The notes: a model not told the origin generated them from the sequence alone. A stretch of 64,000 bases of DNA from an uncultured Chloroflexia bacterium (GCA_963827475.1 CAWHAZ010000005.1:192001-256000); one strand, 5' to 3'; positions 52,672 through 63,218 are shown, counted from the stretch's first letter. Numbers and translations: made by a program.

Positions 52672-53449
52672 CCGCGGTGGCCGCGGTCGACAGGAAGATC
52701 GCGACGTCGGGCACGGGACCGCCCAACAGGGCCCAGCGAAAGCCCTCGATCACGCCCACCATCGGGTTCAGCGCATAGATGGTCCGGAGGTTCTCCGGCA
52801 CGAGCTCGGATGAATAGACCACCGGCGACGCGAACAGCCAGAGCTGAATGACGAACGCGATGATGTACTTCACGTCGCGATAGCGGGCATTGATCGCCGA
52901 CAGCCAGGTCCCGACCGCGAGCGCGGCGCTGACGGCGAGGAGGGCGAATACCGGCAGCCAGAGGATCGTGATCGTGGGCGGGAACCCGTACAGCGCGGCG
53001 ACGACCAACAGGAGGACGAGCGCGATCAGGAAGTCGACGATGTACGAGCCCACCCCGGCCAGCGGCAGGAGGAGTCGAGGGAAGTAGACCTTCGAGATCA
53101 GGTTCACGCTGTTCACGAGGCTGTTCGACGCGCCGAGCAGGCTCTGCGAGAACAGCGTCCACGGGACCAGCCCGGCGAGGGCGAAGAGCGGATACGGCAC
53201 GTCGGCCGGGGCAATGCCCTCGATCCGCCCGAAGAACGCCGAGAAGACGATCATGAGCGCGACGGGCTGGAAGATCGCCCACGCCGCGCCGAAGAAGGTC
53301 TGCTTGTAGCGAACCTTGAGATCGCGCCAGACGAGGAAGTAGCCGAGGTCCCGGTACTGCCACAGCTCCCGCAGGCCCGGACCGTGCCAGCCGTGCCGCG
53401 GGCGGATCAGGACCGGCGCAGCGCGCTCCGATTGCACGGGGCGGATCAT
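52607..53449 (-). CDS. Polysaccharide ABC transporter permease (Wzm-like)
   Basis: RDLKVRYKQT, LISKVYFPR, ASPVVY, LNPM. Confidence 0.92.
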   Translation of the reverse strand: MIRPVQSERAAPVLIRPRHGWHGPGLRELWQYRDLGYFLVWRDLKVRYKQTFFGAAWAIFQPVALMIVFSAFFGRIEGIAPADVPYPLFALAGLVPWTLFSQSLLGASNSLVNSVNLISKVYFPRLLLPLAGVGSYIVDFLIALVLLLVVAALYGFPPTITILWLPVFALLAVSAALAVGTWLSAINARYRDVKYIIAFVIQLWLFASPVVYSSELVPENLRTIYALNPMVGVIEGFRWALLGGPVPDVAIFLSTAATAVILVLGVAYFRRAERSFADLI

Positions 53450-53510
53450 AGCGGTCCCGTGGCACCGCCTATTCTTAGGGCATTCCTTCATCCCCACCAC
53501 CCATGCCGCG

Positions 53511-55373
53511 GTGATGCAGCGCGACATCCGCTGGATCTCCGACCCCGTGATCGACAACCCGGGCGAGCGCGACGGACCGAGCGCGTCGCGCCGGCCGCGG
53601 CTGCTCGTGCTGTGCGACTTCCGGCCCGACGAGGCAGCCACCGTCATCGACCACATCGAGGCCATTCGCCGCTGGTCGGGCAACGAGGTCTACGTGCTCC
53701 CGTTCCAGGGCGACCTGCCGGACGAGCTGGACCTCGACCTGTTCGACGGCCTGCTGATTCACTACAACGTGGTGATGGTCGGTGCCGACTACCTCTCGCC
53801 GCTGGCGAGGTGGCGGGTGAGCCAGTTCCGCGGTGTGAAGGCGGCCATGATCCAGGACGAGTACCGATGGGTCGACCGCACGGTGAGCGTGATGCGGACG
53901 CTGGGCATCAACGTGCTCTTCACCTGCGTGGCGCAGGACCAGGTCGACCTCGTGTATCCCGTCGCCAAGCTGCCGGAGCTGAAGCGGACGGTGACCATCC
54001 TCACCGGCTACGTGCCGGACGAGCTGGTGACGGTCCCGGTTCGGCCGTTCGAGGATCGACCGATGGACGTCGCCTATCGTGGTCGACGGGTTCCCCCCTG
54101 GCTCGGCGCGCTGGCTCGGGAGAAGGCGACCATCGCCGACCGATTCGCGGCCGATGCCCCGGCCCACGGGCTGCGGACCGATATCTCGAATCGGGAAGAG
54201 GACCGGCTCTACGGGACGGCGTGGATCGAGTTCCTCAGCCGGGCCAAGGCGACGCTCGGAGCCGAGAGCGGGGCCAATGTCTTTGACTTCGACGGCTCGA
54301 TCGAAGCCAGCGTGCGGGCGGCCATGGCCGCCGAGCCCGATATCTCGTTCGACGCCCTGCACGACCGCTTCCTGGCCGATGTCGACGGCCGGGTCCGCCT
54401 GAACCAGATCTCGCCCCGCGCGTTCGAGGCGGCCGCCCTGGGCACGCTCATGATCCTGTACCCGGGCGAGTACTCCGGAATCCTCGAGCCGTGGCGCCAC
54501 TACGTCCCGCTCCAGAAGGATCACTCCAACATGGACGAGGTGGCGGGCGCGCTCCGCGATCGGGCGACCTGGGAGCGGATCACCGGCCAGGCTCGAGAGG
54601 AAGTCGCGCTCAACCCCCGCTACTCATATCGGGCCATGCTCGAGCAGGTCGACGCCGGGCTCGACCTCCATCCGGAGGTCTCCGCTCCGCTGGACGCCAC
54701 CGCCTTCGAAGGCATCGCGTCCCGGAGCCTGGAGACCATGCTCCGGCGTCGCCGGCGCCCGGGCGGCTGGCGCCGCGTCGGGCGGCTCGTCCGCCGGGTC
54801 GGCCACGCGATCTCTCCGAGCCCGCTGGCGATCCGAACCGTACCCCTGGCCCACCGCCCCCGGGGGCATGCCGCTCGCGAGCTCAGCCGCTACCTGCGCG
54901 CGTTCCTCTTCTGGGCCCTCCGCCCGCGGGAGCTCCCCTGGACCGCGCTCGTTGCCCACCGCGGCGCGCTGCTCCGCGACCTCAGCGAGCTCGCGCGGCT
55001 GGCGGAGTTCCGTCGTCGTGCGGAGGCCGCGGGGACCGGGTCACCGCTGACCGCCTGGCTTGACGCCGGTGCCCGGGAGGTGCGCATCGTCCTCTCCGGG
55101 GAGCGCACCACCGGCGATCGCGCGGCGGCCGACTGGCCGTCGGACCTGTCGGGCCTGGCCGCGGTTCATCTCGAGCTCGACGAGTGGCTGACCCCGACCG
55201 GGATGGGTGCGGGGTCCCGACGGCTGCCCGCCCTGTCAGCTCTGATCCGGGATCGGCCGGAGGTCGGTCGCCGGCTGCTGGTGATGACCGTCCCGCAGTG
55301 TCAGATCGTGCACGTCCCCGGGGCTGACGAGGACGCGGTCAGGCCGCCTCCAGCCGGCGCCGGTGGCGCCTGA
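53511..55373 (+). CDS. Uncharacterised GT-B-like protein, paralog 2, with C-terminal extension
   Basis: IQDEY, TGYV, DVAYRGR, RLYGTAW, LGAESG, ISPRAFEAA, GEYSG. Confidence 0.8.
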   Translation: MMQRDIRWISDPVIDNPGERDGPSASRRPRLLVLCDFRPDEAATVIDHIEAIRRWSGNEVYVLPFQGDLPDELDLDLFDGLLIHYNVVMVGADYLSPLARWRVSQFRGVKAAMIQDEYRWVDRTVSVMRTLGINVLFTCVAQDQVDLVYPVAKLPELKRTVTILTGYVPDELVTVPVRPFEDRPMDVAYRGRRVPPWLGALAREKATIADRFAADAPAHGLRTDISNREEDRLYGTAWIEFLSRAKATLGAESGANVFDFDGSIEASVRAAMAAEPDISFDALHDRFLADVDGRVRLNQISPRAFEAAALGTLMILYPGEYSGILEPWRHYVPLQKDHSNMDEVAGALRDRATWERITGQAREEVALNPRYSYRAMLEQVDAGLDLHPEVSAPLDATAFEGIASRSLETMLRRRRRPGGWRRVGRLVRRVGHAISPSPLAIRTVPLAHRPRGHAARELSRYLRAFLFWALRPRELPWTALVAHRGALLRDLSELARLAEFRRRAEAAGTGSPLTAWLDAGAREVRIVLSGERTTGDRAAADWPSDLSGLAAVHLELDEWLTPTGMGAGSRRLPALSALIRDRPEVGRRLLVMTVPQCQIVHVPGADEDAVRPPPAGAGGA

Positions 55374-56388
55374 TCGATGCCTCGATCATCGGCAGGTTGT
55401 CCCGCGTCCAGCGCACCGTCCGGCGCACGCCTGTCCCCAGGTCGACCCGTGCCTCGAACCCCAGCTCCCGGCGCGCCTTCACGGTGCTCCCCAGGCGATT
55501 TCCCGAGTGGTCCCAGGTGCGGCGGGGCGCGAGCTCGATCGGTGCTGAGCCCGGCAGGTTGGCGTTGATCGCGTCGGCCAGCTCGCGGATGGTTGTCTCC
55601 ACTCCGCTGGCCAGGTTGTAGGCCTCACCGGGCGCTCCCCGCGTCGCGCAGCGGATCAGGCCGTCGACGATGTCGTCGACGTAGATGAAGTCGCGGGACG
55701 ACTTCCCCCGATTCTCGAGGACGAGCGGGAGCCCGACGATCGCCCGATAGACGAAGGTCGGCGTGACGTTGCGCCAGACCGTGGCCGCCGTCCCGCGCCA
55801 TCGGCCCGCGCCAAGGATCTCTCCGGGGCCATAGACGTTCTGGAACCGGGCGTGGACCACGGGCAGTCCATGGCGTTCGTGGAAGTAGTTTCCGTACATC
55901 TCGCCGACGATCTTCGAGATCTGGTACGGCGAATCGAGGTCGAGCGAGATCGGGTCATCCTCCTTCGTCGGCTCGGCCGCGCCGTAGACCTTGCGCGCCA
56001 TCGTGCAGCCGGCCCCGGCGTAGACGACCTTCTGGAGGCGAGTGAAGCTCGACAGCCGCTCGTACAGGCGCAGGGTGGTCTCGAGATTGTTCCGGTGATC
56101 CGCCAACGGGTCGGCCATCGAGTTCTGGTTGCCGTGGAACGTCGCCAGGTGGAAGGCAAGGTCGAAGTCATCGGTCAGGCCGGCGAGGATCCGCGGGCTG
56201 GCGATCGAGCCCTGGACGAAGGTCACCGGGGGCAGCTCGAGGACATCGGTCCGGTTGGAGGAGAGGAGGTTGTCGACCACCACCACCGACGAGGCTCCAC
56301 GGCGGACGAGCGCCCGGACGAGGTTGCTGCCGACGAATCCGGCGCCCCCGACGACGAGAGTCCGTGCCCCGCGGACGGAAACGGTCAT
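55339..56388 (-). CDS. Extended SDR, WbmF-like putative 3,5-epimerase
   Basis: VGGAGFVGSN, HLATFHGNQ, YAGAGC, YQISK, GEILGAGRWRGT.ATVWRNVTP; motifs recalled from Bordetella WbmF. Confidence 0.85.
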   Translation of the reverse strand: MTVSVRGARTLVVGGAGFVGSNLVRALVRRGASSVVVVDNLLSSNRTDVLELPPVTFVQGSIASPRILAGLTDDFDLAFHLATFHGNQNSMADPLADHRNNLETTLRLYERLSSFTRLQKVVYAGAGCTMARKVYGAAEPTKEDDPISLDLDSPYQISKIVGEMYGNYFHERHGLPVVHARFQNVYGPGEILGAGRWRGTAATVWRNVTPTFVYRAIVGLPLVLENRGKSSRDFIYVDDIVDGLIRCATRGAPGEAYNLASGVETTIRELADAINANLPGSAPIELAPRRTWDHSGNRLGSTVKARRELGFEARVDLGTGVRRTVRWTRDNLPMIEASIRRHRRRLEAA

Positions 56389-56539
56389 GCGGCGGTCGTC
56401 ACCGGGGCAGGGCGCTCGGCGAGCTGCCGGCGCTCAGGACGCGGCTGTCCCGGAGGTCGTTCGACGACGACGAGGCCCTCGACCCGGTCGAGGCCGCGAC
56501 GCGCAGCGGTGAGTCCGCGCCGCGCCCCCCGGCCCAGGG

Positions 56540-57487
56540 TCACGCCCGCAGGCCCTCGAGCTTGAGGTGGGTGTACGTGTCGGTGATGCCGAAACGCTGG
56601 TAGTACTCGATGGCCGCGCGGACTCCGTCCTCCAGGGGCACGGTGGTGCCCCACCCGAAGTCCTGAGCGGTCCGGCTCGGATCGAGGAGGATGGTGAACG
56701 CGTCGTCCGCGCCGCGTGGTCGGACCTCGACCGGCTGGTCGAGGGTGATGCCCAGCGTGCCGACCGTCGCCTCGAAGAGCTCCTCGATGGAGTAGTCCCC
56801 GCCGCTGGACACGTGATAGGCGCCCTGTCCGCCCGCCCCGTCGATCGACTGGACGAGCAGGTCGATGAGGTCGCTGACGAAGACGAAGTCGCGGCGGGTG
56901 TCCATCACGAAGCAGGGCTTGCCACCAGTCAGCCGCGAGTAGAACGTCGGCAGCGGGCCGCTCAGGTTGCGCGGACCGTAGGCATTCGCCAGCCGGAAGG
57001 ATTGCCAGTCCAGACCGCTCAGGGCCACGTAGTGCTCGCCGGCCGTCTTGCTGATCGCGTAGCTGCTGGCCGTTGGCAGGATCGGGTGGTCGAGGGTGAT
57101 GGGCTGCTCGAGCGGGTGGAGCCCGTAGCACAGCGCGGTCTGGAGGTAGATGAGCCGCCGGACGTCGGCTGCCTGGGCCGCCCGCGCGACCAGGGCCGTT
57201 CCGAGGACGTTGGTGGCGGCATCGGAAGACCAGTCCTCCGGGTCCTTGTAGGAGGCCGCCGCGTGGACGACGACTTCGGGCTGAAACGTCGTGAATGCGT
57301 CGGACACCACCCCGGCGTCGCCGATGTCCCCCTCGATCACGGTCAACCCGGGCGCAGACTCGGGAAGGTTGTCCCGGCGTCCGGTCGCGTAGTTGTCGAT
57401 GACCAGCACCTCATCGGACCGCGCCAGCAGCCGATCGGTCAGATGGGAGCCGATAAAGCCGGCCCCGCCGGTCACGAGCACTCGCAT
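56540..57487 (-). CDS. Extended SDR, WbmG/WbmH-like
   Basis: TGGAGFIG, AASYKDPEDW, QTALCYG, SSYAISK, SGPLPTFY, YTHLK. Confidence 0.85.
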   Translation of the reverse strand: MRVLVTGGAGFIGSHLTDRLLARSDEVLVIDNYATGRRDNLPESAPGLTVIEGDIGDAGVVSDAFTTFQPEVVVHAAASYKDPEDWSSDAATNVLGTALVARAAQAADVRRLIYLQTALCYGLHPLEQPITLDHPILPTASSYAISKTAGEHYVALSGLDWQSFRLANAYGPRNLSGPLPTFYSRLTGGKPCFVMDTRRDFVFVSDLIDLLVQSIDGAGGQGAYHVSSGGDYSIEELFEATVGTLGITLDQPVEVRPRGADDAFTILLDPSRTAQDFGWGTTVPLEDGVRAAIEYYQRFGITDTYTHLKLEGLRA

Positions 57488-57489
57488 CG

Positions 57490-59413
57490 TCAAACAGCCC
57501 TCCGCAGTTCGTTTCGCATGGCCTGGAAGTCGGTGGCACGGTCGTGGTACTGCTGCTGCCACAGCTCGAGCGAGAGCAGGCCCCAGAAGCCGCGTCCGAA
57601 TGCCGCCTCCTCGTCGAGCGAGGCGAGCACGGCGCGGTTGTTGATCAAGGCCCGTTCCTGCGCTGCCCGCGACGAGAGGATGTCGGTGATGAACTCGCGT
57701 GCCGGCCCCTGCGCCCACTCCGTCAGCGGGGTCGGGAAGCCCATCTTGTCGGTCCGCTGGGCGATCTGGCGCGGCAGTCGGTCCCGGAAGGCCGCGACCA
57801 GCAGCCGCTTCAGGCGGCCGCCCTCGAACTTGATGTCGGCCGGGATGGTGGCCGCCAGCTCGACGATGGGGTGGTCCAGGAACGGCAGCCGCGACTCGAG
57901 GCCGTGGGCCATGCTCATCCGGTCCTCGACCTGGAGCAGGGCCGGGAGCAGGGTCTTGAAGTCGAAGTGGGTCATCCGGTCGAAGTACGACTCGCCGTCG
58001 ATGTTGTCCGCGTAGTAGATCGAGCGGAAGGTCTCGTACGGCGAGTAGGAGCCGAGCTGGTCCCAGTCGATCTCGTGGCGATGGGCGTTGCCGCGACTGA
58101 CGAGGCGGAAGTAGCGCCGATCCATCGGCTCGAACAGCCCCTCCGCCCAGAACTCCTGGAGCATGGGCTTGTAGCGCGACAGCGTCGGCAGGTTGGGCAG
58201 GATCGACTCGTAGCTGACCACGAAGTTCCCGTTGTTCAGCGTCCCGTCGAGGGCCGCCTTCAGGCATTGCTCGAGGTAGGCCACCAGGTATCGCGCGTAC
58301 CCTCCGAACAGCTCGTCCCCGCCCTGGCCGCCGAGGACCACCTTGCGGTGCGCCCGGGCGTCTCTCGACACGATGTATTGCGGGAAGGCGCCGGGCCCGG
58401 CGACCGGGTAGTCGAGGTGGTAGATGACCCGCTGGATGTCCCGGACGAAGTCATCGACCGTGATGTCGGAGATCCGCAGGTCGAGCCCGCGATCTTCGGC
58501 CAGGGCCTCTGCGTATTCGCTTTCGTCGTACTGCTCACCGATCGGGAACCGGCCGTTGAACGCCATCATCCCCGGCTGGCCGCTGTCCGCCGCGAGCGCG
58601 GCCACGATGCTCGAGTCGAGGCCGCCGCTGAGATAGGCGCCGACCGGCACGTCGGCCCGCAGGTGCACGCGGACCGAATCCTCCATCCGCGCCTGCAGCT
58701 CTTCCTCGAAATAGGCTGACGTGTGGCTGTAGTCCGGCTCGAACCGGACGTCCCAGTAGCGCTCGACGCGCACCGTGCCGCCGGCAACCACCAGCGAGTG
58801 GCCGGCCGGCAGCTCCCGGATCCCCTTGAACAGGGTCTTGCCGTCGAGGCAGAACTGGAAGGTGAGGTAGTCGCGCATGCCCTCGAGGTCGGTCTCGATG
58901 CCCGGCAGGAATGGGAGGAGCGCCTTCGCTTCCGAAGCGAACAGGAGGTTCCCGTCCACCACCGCGTAGTAGAACGGCTTCATCCCGAACCGATCGCGGG
59001 CGCAGAAGAGCATCCCGCGCTCGCGCGTCCCACAGCGCGAACGCGAACATGCCGCGGAGGTGGGACAGGCATTCGGTGCCCCACTTCTGGTAGGCGCGGA
59101 GGATGACCTCGGTGTCCGAAGTCGTGCGGAACGAGTCGCGTCCGAGCTCATCCCGAATCTCGACGTAGTTGTAGATCTCGTGGTTGGCCGTGATCCAGTC
59201 GCCGGATTCGCCCTGCATCGGCTGGTCGCCGGTGGTCAGGTCGATGATGGCCAGCCGCCGATGCATGAGCCCAACCTGGCCGCCGGGGTGGTGCCAGGTG
59301 GCGGACCCATCCGGGCCGCGGTGGCTGAGCAGCGAGTTCATGACGTCCAGGCTGGCCTCGAGGCCGGGAACCGGCTTCCCCGACAGGCTCACGATCCCGG
59401 CGATTCCACACAT
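57490..59413 (-). CDS. asnB: Asparagine synthase-like glutamine amidotransferase (frameshift near 59020)
   Basis: MCGI, HRGPD, RRLAIIDL, RDRFGMKP, LSGGLDSS, GQGGDELFGGY, SMAHGLESR.PFLD. Confidence 0.92.
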
Positions 59414-59428
59414 CCCTGATCAGCTCTC

Positions 59429-60737
59429 CTAGCGCTCGCCCAGGCGTCTGGCCCGGCGATCCGATCGGGCCCGCATGACAGGATCGAGCAGGCCTACCCG
59501 TCGCAGGGCTTCACGTGCGATTGGTCGGACCCGTTGCCGGATCCGGACCCACCCCCACGACGGAACGTCGAGCGTCCGCTCCCACGCGGACAGTCCGCCG
59601 ATGAGGATACCGCGCCGACCGGCCTGGCTTCGCGCGCCCACTCCCGCCGCCGCCAGGATGGTCTGCACGAAGGCCTCGTAGCCGTAGCGGCCCGAGGCCA
59701 CGATGTCGGCGTAGGCACGCTCCGCCATGTCCCGGTGGCCGTCGCCGTTTTGGACCGATTCCACGATCTCGTCCACGTTGCCGAAATCCTCCCGAACCGG
59801 GATGTAGTGCCGGCCCGCTTCGAGAATCCCGCTGTACGCGCCCTCCACCAGGATCTGCGGGGTGCGAGTCGCGCAGGCCTCCAGGTGCCGCGGCGAGATC
59901 GTTCGCAGGTTCAGGTTGCCGTCGAGACCGGGAAAGCATCCCGCTTCGACCTCCTCGAACGACGCCGCCGGGTGCTCGGCGACGAACGCGTCGGCACAGG
60001 CGCGGATTCGCCCGTCGCGGTCCAGGATCCCCGCGCCGCTCTCGACCCCGATCGTGTAGCGGCTGCGGAGCAGGAACCGGAACCAGTCGTCGCCGACCAG
60101 GGTGTCCTTCGCCTCGAGGGAGATGTCGAGCCGCAGCCGCGCGCTTCTGGCCGGCAGCCTGGAACTGGTCGGCGATCCACGCCTTCCGCATGCCGTGCCG
60201 GCCAAGCCATGGCATGGGCCGCCACGCGCGGTACCCGATGTCGATGGTGCGCGGGACGTCCTTCGCCAGGCCCTCGATCCGCTCGACGGTCGCCGGCTCG
60301 AGATAGCCGGGCAGCACGCGGGTCACGCCTGCCCCGCGCTCGATGAGTGGACCGTAGAGGGTGGCCCACTCCTCGGGCGGTGCACACGAGAACACGTGGT
60401 CGACGTGCAGCTTGCCGAGCACATCGACCAGCACGTCGATGTTGATGAACTCGTCCTGGGGGATCGCGACCACCGGCGCACGCAGCTTCCGAATCGCCCG
60501 CATGCGGAGGGCCACGTCGCGGAAGTCGTCCGGCTGCCATCGGTCCGACAGGAGGATGGTGTGGAGGACGACGAGGTCGATGTCGAGCCGGCCGATCCAG
60601 GACGGGACCGATCGGACGGCCATGTTGACGTAGATGCACGGCCGTCCGCCATAGCGACGGAAGGAGTAGAGGTGATCCGCGATCGCGGGGCGGAGCGGGG
60701 CCAGACGAGAGTGGTAGAGGACGAGGATCGAGCCCAA
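59429..60737 (-). CDS. Uncharacterised GT-B-like protein, paralog 3 (frameshift near 60140)
   Basis: PQDEF, PGYL, DIGYRA, LVGDDW, IGVESG, ISPRHLEAC, EGAYSG. Confidence 0.75.
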
Positions 60738-60832
60738 CTGCGGTCCCTAGCGGTCGACGCGGGGCCTTCGACCGGCGCCTGTTCGGAACGGACGGCGGCG
60801 GGAGGCGGTCATTCGGCGCCGAAGCATAGCGC

Positions 60833-61677
60833 TCAGCGGCGGGCCACGATGTAGAGGTCGAGCCCGTACCACCGCTCGATCCAGGTCCCGAGGGCGCCAT
60901 CTCGGGTTGTCAGCATCCGGCCCCGCACGGAGAAGTCCTCGAAGTTGTGGGTATCGATCTCGACGGCATCGAAGCGCCGGAACAGCCGGCGAGCCTGGCG
61001 CCGCGAAGAGAAATCCGTGTGCGGCGCGGCGAGCCCGGTCGAGTCGGCGTCGTACATGCGCGCGACGTCGACCTCGGTCACCGGGGCCTGTCCGCGCCAG
61101 GGCGCCAGCGTTCGCCGCAGCCGCATCTTGATCCTCCGCGCCGACCGCGCGTGATAGATCATCACGACGGCCCAGCCGCCGGGGACGAGGACGCGACGGA
61201 CCTCTTCCACCGACTGCGCCAGGGCACCGGTGTGATGCAGGCACCCGATGGTGTAGACGAAGTCGAACGACGCGTCGGGGTGCGGGATCGCGGCGGCGGA
61301 GCCCTGCACGATGCGCTCCTCGCCGCCGACGCCGAGCATCGCGAGGCGGTGCTGCATCATGCGGACCGGCCCCGCGGCGATGTCCAGCCCGTGATAGACC
61401 GCGCCGCGCTTGACGATCTCCTCGCCGAGCGTGCCGTATCCGAGGCCGATTTCGAGGACGCGGGCTCCGGCGAGCGGGAATCGGTCGACGTACCCGAGCA
61501 GGTACGGGTAGAAGTCGAAGTAGGCGCGATCGAATGCGTCCAGCGTCGCTCGGTCGTGACCGACCAGGCCCAGGCTCCGAGCGAACGTCGTCCCACAGAG
61601 CTCGTCCCAGAACTCCTGGTTGCGGTGATCGACGTGGATGTGGTGGTGACCATCAATGCCGCCTCGCGGCTCCCCAT
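60833..61677 (-). CDS. Class I SAM-dependent methyltransferase (start uncertain; likely 1-nt error near the N-terminus)
   Basis: The frame of ORF 60833-61360 stays open upstream: NQEFWDELCG..VLEIGLGYG..GLDIA; then FDFVYTIGCLHH, VLVPGG. Confidence 0.85.
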
Positions 61678-61720
61678 ACTACGCGCCGCGGGCCGCCGGC
61701 CGACAACGTGTGGACAACCC

Positions 61721-61869
61721 CGCGGGGATTGCGAAATGTCGTGGAAAAGGGGCTTGCGCAGCCGGTCGCTGATCCCGCATCCTGCGCACGTCCCGAAGGG
61801 GCAGCTGGCCGGACCCGAGATGACATCAACGGTCGCCGCGGTTCCTTCGGGACATTTCCATGCCCCGCG
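61721..61869. other. Structured intergenic element (candidate ncRNA or cis-element)
   Basis: Nested complementary segments CGCGGGG/CCCCGCG, GAAATGTC/GACATTTC, TGCGCAG/CTGCGCA, CCGAAGG/CCTTCGG. Confidence 0.35.
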
Positions 61870-61895
61870 CTGTCGCCAGCCGGAGCGCCGCCGGA

Positions 61896-63113
61896 CTAGG
61901 CGACGGGAGTCGCGCTCCGGTCGGCCATGATCGAGCCCCGCAGCGCGTCCGCGCGCGGGGTGTGCTCCCAGGGCAGGTCGAGGTCCGGGCGTCCGAAGTG
62001 GCCGTAGGCCGCGGTCGGTCGGTAGAGCGGCCGGCGCAGGGTCAGGTCGGTGATGATGCTCCCCGGGCGCAGGTCGAAGTGCTCGCGGATCAGCTGTTCG
62101 ATGGTCGCGTCGGACACGATCCCGGTCCCGAAGGTCTCGGCGTGGATCGCGAGCGGATGGGCGACCCCGATCGCGTAGGCCAGCTGGATCTCGCACCGAC
62201 GGGCGAGGCCGGCGGCCACGATGTTCTTGGCCACGAAGCGGGCCATGTACGACCCGGACCGGTCCACCTTGGTCGGGTCCTTGCCCGAGAAGCTGCCGCC
62301 GCCATGGCGCGCCATCCCGCCGTAGGTGTCGACGATGATCTTGCGGCCGGACAGGCCCGAGTCACCCTGCGGCCCGCCGATCACGAACCGCCCGGTGGGA
62401 TTGACGTAGACCTTCGTCTCCGCGTCGAGCAGGTCGGCGGGGATGGCGGCCTCGATGACCTCGGCCCGGATGCCATCGGTCAGCTCGCGGGTGTCCACGT
62501 CCGGCTCGTGCTGGGCGCTGACCACCACGGTGTGCACCCGCGCGGGGCGCCCGTCCTCGTCGTACTCGACCGTCACCTGGCTCTTGCCATCGGGCCGCAG
62601 GAACGGGAGCGAGCGATCCCGGCGGGCTTCGGCCAGCCGTCGGGCGACGGCATGGGCGAGCTGGATCGGCATCGGCATCAGCTCCGGCGTCTCATCGGTC
62701 GCATAGCCGAACATCATTCCCTGGTCGCCGGCGCCCAGCTCGTCCGGCTCCAGGCCCATCTTCGACTCCAGCGCGTGGTCCACGCCGCGGCTGATGTCGG
62801 GGCTCTGCTCCTTGATGGCCGAGATCGTGCCGCAGGTCTCCCAGTCGAACCCGAGATGGCTCGAGTCGTAGCCGATCTCGCGCACCGTGCGACGAACCAC
62901 CGACTGGACGTCGACGTAGTGGCTGGTCGTCATCTCGCCCAGGACGAAGACCAGTCCGGTCGTGGCCGCCACTTCGATCGCGCACCGCGCGTCGGGGTCG
63001 TTGGCGATGACGTCGTCGAGGATCGCGTCGGCGATCTGGTCACAGAGCTTGTCCGGATGTCCCTCGGTCACGGACTCGGAGGTGAACAGGGTGCGGTTCG
63101 CGGCGCGCTCCAC
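61896..63113 (-). CDS. metK: S-adenosylmethionine synthetase
   Basis: [46 protein letters not shown]. Confidence 0.98.
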   Translation of the reverse strand: MERAANRTLFTSESVTEGHPDKLCDQIADAILDDVIANDPDARCAIEVAATTGLVFVLGEMTTSHYVDVQSVVRRTVREIGYDSSHLGFDWETCGTISAIKEQSPDISRGVDHALESKMGLEPDELGAGDQGMMFGYATDETPELMPMPIQLAHAVARRLAEARRDRSLPFLRPDGKSQVTVEYDEDGRPARVHTVVVSAQHEPDVDTRELTDGIRAEVIEAAIPADLLDAETKVYVNPTGRFVIGGPQGDSGLSGRKIIVDTYGGMARHGGGSFSGKDPTKVDRSGSYMARFVAKNIVAAGLARRCEIQLAYAIGVAHPLAIHAETFGTGIVSDATIEQLIREHFDLRPGSIITDLTLRRPLYRPTAAYGHFGRPDLDLPWEHTPRADALRGSIMADRSATPVA

Positions 63114-63218
63114 GGGGCGTGATCCTCCCGGCCTGATGGGCTAAGCCACAGGAGTCTAGCGCCCGTGGCCAACGGTTGGGCGCCGAGCGCAGACGTCTCG
63201 TCTAGACTGCACGCCCGT

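Noticed and set aside
61709..61748. DnaA-box-like 9-mers (TGTGGACAA at 61709, CGTGGAAAA at 61740) as oriC
   Set aside because: Only one good and one weak box, with no AT-rich unwinding element and no dnaA/dnaN nearby
63114..63218. SAM riboswitch between divergent metK and metE
   Set aside because: The gap is only ~105 bp, holds two -10-like boxes and shows no SAM-I/IV consensus
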